Positions 1 to 12,300 of a stretch of DNA of 64,000 nucleotides are shown in pieces; within the stretch, counting starts at the first letter, position 1; each line of letters begins with the position of its first letter. Source of the stretch: Antedon mediterranea (lineage: Eukaryota > Animalia > Echinodermata); the NCBI RefSeq assembly GCF_964355755.1, contig NC_092676.1, positions 26,058,871 to 26,122,870 of the forward strand, in the 5' to 3' direction. The notes below the pieces were generated by a model that ran no database searches, had not been told where the DNA came from, and worked only from the letters and a program-made list of their open reading frames with translations. The translations under genes were made by a program, and so were the position numbers.

Positions 1-42
1 TTGTATCTCCATTGAGATTCAGCCACTGATTCCCACAGCATT
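1..42 (+). mobile_element. 3' part of a Penelope-like terminal repeat copy (continues from before the window)
   Basis: TTGTATCTCCATTGAGATTCAGCCACTGATTCCCACAGCATT is nearly identical to 59889-59930. Confidence 0.6.
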
Positions 43-349
43 ATTGAGTACTTTGCATTTGGATATGGCATATGTACAAATGATAAAACAAAGATTGATT
101 AAGACATTTAATAGATTCAGGATTTCACAATACAGGAAGTAGAAATCTATGTGAATGGTGTGTTCTTATACAAAGATGAAAGAAATATATTGTACTAGGT
201 ACAGTATTGCATACATGCAAAGCTATCTATAAAAGTCTACACTATATTTATATACAATTTATATTCTGTTACCACATTCAGAATAAGCACAAAAATTGCA
301 TGGATACATAATTTCTAAAACTTGAGACTCGATTTTTAAAAACTGTTTT

Positions 350-3300
350 TTATGCCAAGCTAGCTAGCAATGGCTTGTAAATCTCATCTGTGGGTCGAAC
401 CACTTTTTTTCCTGGGGTATAGACAACACCTCCTGGACCAGCCAATGAGGTTTCTCCCATTAAGTCTCTATCGACCTCTCTAGCCGCTTGCCGTCCTTCG
501 TTGATAGCATGAACGATTAAGGATTGACCTCGCCGGCAATCTAAAAACAATAAAAAATTTTCAAAGGAAAAAAAAATATTACCGTATAAATAATAGGATT
601 ATCCAAGTATTTTATTAATTGTACAAATTATCGGTTGAATATGTGTAACTTACCTCCCGCAGCGTAAACCTTCGGTAAACTTGTTTTATATTTTCCAGTT
701 GGCGTTTCAATATTTGTCCGTGCGTCTTGCTTTATCTCCAACTCATTAATAATGCGATTTTCTGGTCCTAAGAAACCCATAGCCAACAAGACTAGGTCAG
801 CTTTAAATGTCTTCTCAGAGCCAGAGCATTTTTCCATAGTGAATCGGCCGGTTGGCTCGCGCTTCCACGATACTTGCATCGTTTGTATCCCACTAACGTT
901 GCCGTTTCCATCATTAAGAAATTCCTAGGACAAAGAAAGAGGACAAAAAAAGATGAGGTAAATTATATGATGACATTATTTACGAGGGCGTAATCTGATA
1001 TATACAAACCAACAAAAACTGAACAAGTGTTAATTCTTACCTCACTGAGAATGTTAAAATTGCGCGGATCTTTATTTTGTCTTAGTTTTACTTCTTCATG
1101 AGCGTAGTCAACTTTGAAGACTCTAGGCCAAGTTGGCCACGGGTTGTTAGCAGCTCTCGTGGGTGGTGGTTGATCCAAAATTTCAAAAGTAGTAACAGAC
1201 TTGGCATCCTAGCAAAAAATGTAGTTATTGTTAGAATTATTGATTAATTCATTACTGTAGTTGTAAAGTACACAGTATGTAAAATAATCCTTTTTATTTC
1301 AAATAAAAAACCTAAGAACGTAACAAACATCCCATGTCACAGGACCAAACATATGCAGGGCAAAACAAAACAACAAATACAAATCACTTAAAATAACAAG
1401 GTAAAAATGAAAAAAAAAAGGCTGTAGGATGTCCTGACAAACTACATCCTAAATATAACTAAACCTAACCCTCTAAATAATCTCTGTCACATAAAGTAAA
1501 AAGAAGTTGCTCATGGGATTCGAACCCATACATCAAAATGTAAAGTCCATAGTCTAATCCACTCGACTACACAGACGGTTCGACAGAAAGCATTTGCATT
1601 AGCGAATTGTAGTTAGATCAATTCTTACGTCACATCTTATGGATATGACTAATGAATATTCATGTTTATTTTGTGACGTTTCATGAGGGGTCCCCAACTT
1701 ATGTATGAAAAGAAATATCGCGTCCTGACTGCTTACCAATCTAAGAGATGTCCCAATACAGTCTACACCAGTATCTCCTCCACCAATTACAATGACATCC
1801 TTACCCTTCGCATCCACATGATCAATATCATTACCCATTTGTTTTTTCTGCCATCCTTCTAAAAATGTCATAGCCGTATGAATGCCCTCTAGGTGGCGCC
1901 CTGTTGAAATATTATGATATTATAATTAATATATTAAACATTTTATATATATTAGACTTGTTGATGTAAAACAATAAATTAAATAAATTAGAGAATAAAT
2001 TGTATACACAAGCTCAGGGTTGTAAAGTTACCTTTGATGGGCAGGTCTCTAGGTCTGGTTGACCCTATACATAACACCACAGCATCATACTCTTCAGTGA
2101 GATCATGGCTTGATATATCATCGCCTATTGTCATGTTTGTTTTGAAAGTTATCCCCTCTGCTGCCATTAAATCAACTCTACGTTGTACCACCTAAAAAAA
2201 AAAATTATTATTTATATTGCCCTATAAAATGTAAATTAGTAACATATATTGCCCTGTGAAATGTAAATTAATAACATGAAAAGGCAAAATAGCAAACGAC
2301 ATCGAAACGGTAGAGCACCTTTTTGCTTAGTTTCATAGTCGGTATCCCATACATCAAAAGACCACCAATACGGTCATTGCGCTCGTACACCGTCACAAGA
2401 TGCCCGGCTTTGTTAAGCTGCGCGGCTGCAGCTAGGCCTGATGGTCCACTGCCTACTACAGCAACCTTCTTGCCAGTGCGATAGGGTGGTGGTTGTGGTG
2501 TCATCCATCCTTGTTCAAAGGCATGATCAATAATGGTGCATTCTATGCTCTTGATGGTCACTGCTGGCGAGTGGATGGCTAACACACAAGCAGCCTAGGA
2601 ATAAAGAAAACAAATTGAATGTTTAAATAGATAAAATACCACATGACAAAAGTATAAACTAATCTATAGTAATTTATTGTTTTAAAATAATAACAAATAA
2701 AAAAATTAAAAACTTTACCTCACAAGGTGCTGGGCACGCCCTTCCCGTGAATTCGGGAAAGTTATTGGTTAGTAGTAACTTGTTGAGAGCATCCTTCCAT
2801 TGACCTTTGAAAACGAGGTCATTCCAAGATGGAATGATATTACCAAGAGGGCAGCCTGCGTGTGACTGACAGAATGGTATCCCACAATCCATACACCTAA
2901 AGAAACAACAGTCTTTACATATTTGTTGTTTTGATTGATGAAAATTGTTATGGTTATAAGGCAGAAATACTGGCATATATTTTAAGAAGCTCTATCTACA
3001 CTATCAAACTTTATGTGACAAAAAAATATGATGTGCCCATATATGGGACATGATGTCATATCACTACTATATTTGGGCATATCATTACAATATTTAGGCA
3101 CCTCACACTTTTTTGTCAAACTTGTTTGATAGTGTAGACAGAGCTTTAGGCCTACAAACAAAATAAAAGAGCCTAAAATGAACCTTGCAGCCTGCACTTT
3201 AATTCCCTTCTTGACTGCTTTGTGGTTGTATATTTCATTCCAGTCATTCAACCTTTGTTCAACGCTGCGATAACTAGACTTTGTTCTGCCATACTTTACA

Positions 3301-6300
3301 AATCCTCTGTAAAACACAAGATAAGGAAATTAGATTGCCAAAATTAAGATGTAAGTTTCGTTTTTATGGAGTTCAACCTTACAAATTTCAATCAATAGAA
3401 CAATATTAGATCATATACAAAAGTTACCTCTTTTTGTCTAGAAGCTTCTCAATAATCTGTGACTCTTTTTCAGCATCTGGTACAGCTTCTTCAATATCTA
3501 AGATATTTGAATGACCATTCTTATGAGCAATGACTCCATTTGTGGTGGCAATGACTCCATTGGTGGCAATAACTCCATTTGGAGTTTTGTGTGGAGACTT
3601 ATTTACTTCTTTGACCTCAAGATCTTTAAGTTTCTGTTCTTTTAATGCTCGTCTGTATTCATTAGGAAAGACCTATACATAATTGGGGACAAAATAAAGG
3701 GGGACAATTAAAACAGGGCTAGCTTAAAGAACTCAAAACTTAGTAGCTCAGTCTCATGATTTGACACGTCTATTCAGGGGCCATCCTTATTATTATGGAG
3801 GTACTTTTCCAAACAAAATGAACAAGGGGAAATATAAATGTTTTAACACTACAGCTGTTACATGTATAAAGAATGATAGTGAGGCAATATGGCGGATAAT
3901 TCTGTAGAGCACATAATGTATGTAATTTTATCATAAATAAAAGATCTGTTAACATCAAGGTTAATCAATGTCTTGTGAAGTCTTTGACCCTAAAAGAGCA
4001 ATACATATAATAAACAAACAACAGAAGTGTAGAGATAACGGCTAACTCTTTTTAAGGGGACAGTCTTGGGTCACGAAAGTGTCCCTTTAATGGGAGTTAT
4101 ATTGTATTTAAACTTGCCTTTACAAATGATTTAAGAGTGTTCTTCCAATGGGCAAGTATGCGACTAGCTACTTCACTACCAGTCTGATCCTCAAACTCTT
4201 TTATATGTTTGTGTAAGAATGTAACATCAACGTCCTTCACAATTGGTTCTAAAATTACTGAATCCTTATTGCACATTTTGTGGAAAGATCCCATTCTATA
4301 AAAGATAAATACTAAATATCACTACAAGTGAGTGCGAGTGGTTAAGATAGTGTAATTGTAATACCTTGCCATATTAACATCGGCAAGGGTTCGAGCCTCA
4401 CTCGCTCCATGTAATGGTTTAGAATTGAACTTAATTATTTTATGTACACTGGGCGACCTTCAGTCCAAGACTGGTCTCCCAGAGAGCTCAGATATGATCA
4501 GTGACTCTGATGTACTAGTACACCAGTACATGGTTCTATTGGTAGAATGAGTCTGCTTCTTGGATAAGGACTGTAAACCATAGGTCCAGTGTACACATCT
4601 GGCTCATGTGCACTTTAAAGAACCTTGTACATCTTTCGAGACGAGTAGGGTTACTCCGGTGTACTAGTATACACACAGCCACTGTCACACACAGACACTT
4701 ATCATACTCATCAAGAGTGCCTTAATTGATTGTCACCCTCTATAAATAAGGTGAAATAAAAAAAAAAGAATAAATAAAAAAAAACATGACTTACTTGTCA
4801 TACACATAAGCAATACCTCCAGACATACCAGCGGCAAAGTTTCTACCAGTCTGGCCTAAGATTATCACCCTTCCACTTGTCATATACTCACATCCATGGT
4901 CACCTACACCCTGTTAAATTAGAAGGCAATGTCAGAAAACCTATTTATATTGTACCAAACACAGGTGAAAAAAAACAGATTTTGGACCACAAAAATGTCT
5001 CTTTACCTCGCAAACTGCTATTGCTCCTGAGTTTCTGACACAAAATCTTTCTGCTGTGATTCCACGGAAATAAGCTGTGCCATTGGTGGCGCCGTACAAG
5101 CAGACGTTCCCGACAAGAATATTCTCCTCGGATTTGAAATCAGGGCTCATGTCTTTTGGTGGATAGATAGTTACACAACCACCGGACAACCCCTACAAAA
5201 GAAACAAGTCATAATGGTTACAGTATATGGAGTATGGAAAGGGCATGAAATAAACCTGAGAAACAGAATTTAGACATAACCTCAATTAATATGATTAAAC
5301 TTACTTTCCCTACATAGTCATTGGCATCTCCCTCCAATTCAACTTTGACCCCAGCTGCCAAGAATGCACAGAAACTTTGACCTGCATGACCTTTCAACTT
5401 TAACTCAATCGAATTATTAGGTAAGCCTTTTTCTCCATATTTTCTAACAAGAAAAGAAATTAGAAGAATTAAATCAAATGAAAATAGTGGCACTATAGTT
5501 TGGTGGCTTGCCTTTCATTACCAAAATCAAAGGTTCAAGTCCACAGCACTGGACTTTCCCGATGGTTAAAAACAGCAACATTTATACAAGAGTCAAAACA
5601 AAACTAGTTTACAACATCCTGTTATTGATGTGTTTGCGGTTGGGTGTGACGAAAATAAAACCTGTAAAATCCCACTGTACATATTATGGAGCTTTTGATT
5701 TGCGATGGCCTTCGACCTAGGAACTGGTTACGTCATGTTAATTTATTGTGCGTATACAGATACTGTTATGTGGTTCCATACTCGATTCCTCAAGTTCTGT
5801 CTACACTATCTAGTTTGACCAATAAAGTGTGATGTGCCCAAATATGGTAGTGATATGACATCATAATGTCCATATATGGACTCATCACTTTTTTTTTTTG
5901 ATAGTGTAGACAGAGCTTAAGTCCAGATGATGGTACAATATTATTTGTAGATCATAGGTTAACATCAATTCATTTCTCATTGAATTAATAAACAGAAAAA
6001 ATGAATAAACATACTTTGATATTAGATAACTTAGTGTGGTACCAAATGTCCTGTCTTGATTGGTTATAGCCAGTGACATCTGCAGGTTATTAGACTTGCC
6101 ATCTATTACGTCTTGAGAAGCTTTTATTAACTCATTATCCTGTTAAAACCAATATAAAATGAACAATTATTTATTTTAGGCAATGTGGCTTAGGATTACC
6201 AATAGTAAATTAATCACTGTCCTATCAGATAAGTGGTAATCCCTTCTGATATAGAAACTATTTGTGAACTCGTCTCGAATGATGAACTGGGTTCTTTAAA

Positions 6301-9300
6301 GTGCACACAGGTTATAACTGTGTACACTGGACCTATACAATTATGTATAGCTATTACATCATTTAAACAGGAACTCTACTAAATTGTTTGGATTCACAAC
6401 CGTAACTTCTTGTTGGCTAGAGTAGAATAACATTAGACCAGAATACATATATATATAATATATGCACTTGCACTGATGAAGGGCTAGTGTTGCCCAAAAG
6501 CTCTGATAATTTTTCTGGCTGTTTTACTTTATCGTTTTGATTTAGCTTTTCGCTTTTTTTTTGTACCAGTATGTATTTTTTCAGTAATTTGCCTTTGGAT
6601 TTATATAATAATATAAGGTAACTAACTGAGATTCACACAACATTTTACCTCACAATAGTGGAGGCACAAGCTGTTGTCAATGTATGACAGAAACAATAGC
6701 ATATAACTTACCAATCTTTTCTGTAGACTGAAATCCTGTGCTACACACCCACCCACAATAGAAACTCCTGCTCGCATATCCTTGGCGTTCTTTAATATTC
6801 CATCAAATTCCAACAGTTTCGCTTTTGAGTTGATTGGTCTGCTAGACACTTTTAGCATATCTGATCGACCAATCATATCTTGGAAGGAATAAAAACCCAT
6901 TTTGGCCATATATTGCCGAATTTCTTCAGCAACCATAAATAGGTAATTAATGACGTGTTCTGGCGCTCCTTTGAATTTCTTTCGCAACTCAGGATCCTGT
7001 AAAATAATATTAAAAATATTATATTTCAAATACTAAAAGTTATGTTTCACTCCTTTTAGTTTAATATCTCATAAAAAGCTCACCTGTGTTGCTACGCCAA
7101 CAGGACAGGTGTTAAGATGACACTTTCTCATCATTGTGCAGCCAAGCGTGATGAGAGGCGCAGTGGAAAATGCAAACTCGTCTGCACCAAGAAGAGCACC
7201 AATAACAACATCACGTCCTGTAATTTGAATAAAGGGACAGATTAATAACAATTTAAAGAACCTAGTACATCTTTCAAGACGAGTAGGGGGTTACTCCGGT
7301 GTATTAGTACATCACAGCCACTGATCACCAAATGGGCCCTCTGGGAGACTAGTCTTTGACTGAAGAGGTCGCCCAGTATAAAAAAAAAAAAATAAATATA
7401 AAAAATAAACATAATTCATGCTTTTATATATTGATGATTTCAAAATAGTACGATGCAATGTCTAATTCCTAAATATTTTATCTTACCTGTTCTCAATTGA
7501 CCATCAGTCTGCACAACCACTCTGGAACGGAGGTTGTTGAGGACAAGAGTTTGGTGGGTTTCAGCTAGGCCTAGCTCCCAGGGTAGGCCAGCGTGCTTGA
7601 TTCCTGTCCATGTACTTGCCCCAGTGCCTCCATCGTGACCAGAGATTGTGATGTGCTCAGCTTTGCCCTAAAGTATATTATATAGTATAAAAAATTATTG
7701 AATTGGACAAATTAAAACCTCTGTAGCATATCTAATTTATTTGTACTGATACTACTTGAAAATACTATCTATACCAGCAATATCAAAACGACCGCAAATG
7801 GTAAATATATTACTTTGAAGTTGACCCACAGAAAAATGTCAGCCTACCTTAGCAACACCAGCAGCTACAATGCCAACTCCGACCTCTGACACTAGCTTGA
7901 CACTGATCCTAGCATCTGGGTTTGAGCATTTCAGGTCATATATCACCTGGGCTAGATCCTCAATGGAGTAGATGTCATGATGAGGTGGTGGAGAGATTAA
8001 GCCCACCCCCGGGACAGAGTGACGGGTCTCTGCTATTTGTTCAGTTACCTACAAATTAAACAAGTATTAACAGTAAAAGATAATTAGCTGAAACAGAAAT
8101 TCTTTTTAATTTGAACATTTAAAATAGGTCATACAGTGATTAAATCAGATCACATACCTTGTAGGCTGGTAGCTCACCCCCTTCACCTGGCTTAGCCCCC
8201 TGAGCCATCTTAATTTGGAGATCATCTGAATTGGCTAGGTATGCACTTGTGACACCAAATCGGCCAGAGGCTATCTGTTTGATTGCTGAACGAATATCTT
8301 TATCTTTGTAACGATTCTCATTCTCTCCTCCTTCGCCGGTATTACTTTTCCCACCGATTCTGGAATTGAAACCAAAAAACGTCACAATCAATGGTCGAGT
8401 TATTAAAAACGCAATTATACCAACTCAGGCTTATAAAAAATAGCAAACCTGTTCATAGCAACAGCAAGTGTTTGGTGAGTTTCTAGGGAGAGACTTCCAA
8501 AGCTCATGGCGCCAGTTGCAAATCTCTTCACAATACTGGATGCCTCTTCTATCAATGATAAGTCTAATGGTTCGTCTGCTTCAACGATTTCAAGTTGACC
8601 ACGCAGAGTGCAAGCTTTGATCTATAAAATTGTACAATAGGTAATTAGATTACTTTTAAAAATAATAATAATAACAGTAAAGCATTTATAATGCGCCACG
8701 TCATGTCAGCAGCGATTTCCCATAAGAGCAGTACATACATGTATAAATCCATTATAAAGCTCTGTCTACACTATCAAACTAGTTTTACAAATAAATATGG
8801 TAGTGATATACACAAATATGGTAGTGATATGACATCATCATGTTCATATATGGGAACATCACTTTTTTTTGTCACATAAAGTTTAATAATGTAGAAAGAG
8901 CTTTATAATGGATTTATAAATAGCGCCTTTCAGATGAATAATTATATGCAATTAAAATCAATATAATTAACTTACTGATTCAAATTGAGATTCGCTAAAC
9001 TTATCGTAAGCCGATTGACTCTTATTGCGAGCAGCATCCTGTAGATTAGCAATGCTGACTGGATCGTTGACATGTTTCTCACCTCCTTGACGCCAATGGT
9101 ATATTCCAGTGTCCAGGATGTTCCCACCATCGCATTCTCTATCGGAGTAGGCTAAGGCATGCCTTTGAAGAGTCTGAAAGTTTTATGACATTTTAACAAT
9201 TTACATGAGGGGTAGCTGACTCATTTGAGTAGCAGCGATGTATTTTGCTGAAGCTGCTCCTGCCCAGCATTTTTTCATCTCTTTTTAAAAATATTTTTTT

Positions 9301-12300
9301 ATATATATTTATATTGTATTGATTTTATGCTGGTCAAATAAATAAACGAAAACAAATATTTCTTACAGTTTTTTAAAAGTTTATAATAAAAGTGTATAAT
9401 AGGCAAAATTAATGTGTTTTTACCTCTTCAGCTAAAACATCAAATGTTACGCCACCAATCCTAGAAGCAGATCCTGTGAAACACTTGTCGACTACATCTT
9501 GTCCAAGACCAAGAGCTTCAAAGATTTGAGCCCCCTAGATAAAATATATTGTCTTTAGGTCTTGAATCAATTCCTATGTTACTTGATAACTGATGCCTTA
9601 AACCATAAAGCTCTGTCTACACTATCAAACTTAATGTGACAAAAAAATGTGATGTGCCCATATGTGGACACGATGATGTCATGTCACTAACATACTTAAG
9701 CATATCACTACCATATTTGGGCACAACACACATTGTTTTGTCAAACTAGTTTGATAGTGTAGACAGAGCTTAACAGTAGAATCTATTTTATCATAGGTGT
9801 GTTTAACCAAACTGGGCACTAGGGCGAGTATACAACAAATACCTTGTAGCTTTGAAGAGTTGAAATCCCCATCTTTGCCATTACTTTCCGGATCCCGTAG
9901 GTAGTGGCAGCTGAGAACTGCTTGAAAATCTGTTCATCTGTGGGTGCTGGGTCAAGTAGTCCTTCGTTCCGCAGCATCATAACACTTTCGTAGATCAGGT
10001 AAGGGCATATAGCATCTGCCCCATACCCTAATAACAAACACATGTGGTGGATCTCTCTTGTTTCACCGGATTCAATGATCAGACCAACTTTCATGCGTTG
10101 TCTTGTCTTGATCAGATGGTGATGTACAGCTCCTAAAGCCAGCATAGAGCTACAAAGAATGAAGTAGAATATAAACCTGCTGTGAGCTGAAGTAAATTAC
10201 TATTTCACCCTCTGGTTCTAAATCAGCTTTTAAATTTACATCGATTTATTTATAGGGAGTGAGGTGAGAAGGAACAATTATTTGTTTTAAGAAATAAACT
10301 GAATACCTGACATGAACTCTTTCCTTGCCTGCTTTCCTATCAGACAACACAAGTAAAGTGTAGTCTTCATTAACAGCTTCTGATGCATTGCTACAGATTC
10401 GATCCAAGGCTGGCACTAGTCCATCACAACCATCAATTACTGGATATGTCATATCAATGGTCTTTGTCTGTTAGAAAAACAATACAAGGGAGCTATAAAG
10501 AAGCTTTTCATTGTGGATGAAAGGTGATGGGTGGAAAACGTTTACTGAATGAAATCTATAGCTCTGTCTACACTATCAACCTTTATGCAACAAGAGAATG
10601 TGATGTGCCCATATATGGACATGATAATGTAATATCACTACAATATTTGGCCATATCACTACCATATTTTAAAAATTACGGATGGCTCAACTATTTAATA
10701 ATAATTAATTTGGACATATCACACATTGGTTTTCAAACTAGAGCTCAATCTGGGTTATCTTGTCTGCCACCACATAGTACAACTACATTCATATGCCTAC
10801 CTTCCATCCTTTATGGCTGATTGATTTGAGAACATGAAGGTCTTGTAGAGAAATGACTGGCTTTGGGAGGTACAATCGTCTACACTGCAAAGAACATGGC
10901 TCTAAGATGTTTGCTTCTGGTCCAATAGCACATTCCTACAATAAAAGAATAAAGGTGGATTTTAATGGAATAAAAGAATTTAAGCTTTGTCTACACTATC
11001 AAACTATTTTGAGCAAAAAAAGTGATGTGCCCAAATATGGTACTGATATGACATCATCATGTCAATATATGGACACATCACATATTTTTGTCACATAGCG
11101 TTTGATAGTGTAGACAGAGCTTTAGAGTTATAAAATGTGATAAAATTCAATGAACTTACCAGTGACATAACAATAGACTCTCTGATTGGGTCAATGGGTG
11201 GGTTGGTAACCTGTGCAAATAGCTGCTTAAAATACTCAAACACCAGAGGGTTACGTTGAGACAGGCAAGCAAGGGGTGCATCATTGCCCATTGATCCTAG
11301 TGGTTCCTTCCTGAAAATATAAAAATATCATAGTTATAAACTTCTTCTTTTCTTATATATTTAGGCAAATTGCCAAGGATAATCATAAGCGAATTCATTC
11401 ACTATCCTTCTTAAAGGTGGCAATCCTGTTCACAAGACAAACATATACACAAGATGTTCTACATAAACAAAGTCTTATTTGAGCAAATCACACCCAAGTA
11501 TTTGGGAGTGGAGTTATAAATTGTCATTAGAAAAAATCATGACACTGACAGGACTTGAACCCAGGACCCTTAGATTGGTAGCAAAGCATCATAACAACCA
11601 AGCCACAACTTCACTCATGATTCAAAATCAATTTTCTCACTATTCCACTGGATTCTGTAAAAATAACCAAAAAATGGGGCTTATTAAACATAACAACGAC
11701 TTACTTGTTGATAAACATAGGAACAACTAGCATATGTATCTGTTCTACTGTGTAGCCAAACAAAGGTAGTCGGTGGTCAGTGGTCACTGATTTGGTCAAG
11801 AGGCTTGAATCTGCTTGGAATTTATGATCATTGGCTTTATAGAGGTCTTCCATAGTGATTACCTGATAAAAAAGAAACATTCTAAATATTATTTTCTTAT
11901 AAACAATTGTCAAAATTAGGAAGATAAGATGGTATGGCCACATTACAAAATCTATCATGCAAAGAACTGTACCAGGTTGGAGGAAGCGAGAAAGACCCAC
12001 GCAACACTGGAAAAACAACATCAAAGAATGTAAAAAGCTGACTCATAATAAGACACTGGGGATGGCGGAGGACCACATGGAGGAGAGTTAAATCATCTAC
12101 TGTGCCCCGACAGCCCTTAAACGGCTAAGTTCAAATCTCAAACAAGGTATTCAAAATGTTTAACCTCTAACTAAAGCACAATATACGTTGTTTTAAATGT
12201 ACACACACCTCTTTTTGTAGCCAAGAGCTTACTGGTCTAGACTCTGATATAGTTTTCTTTAGCTCTTCGTCTTGAGTGAATTCAGCTAAACATGTATCAA

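Noticed and set aside
2982-3317. Recurrent peptides such as KLCLHYQT and [17 protein letters not shown] in many short ORFs
   Set aside because: They are translations of MITE family A, not a protein family.
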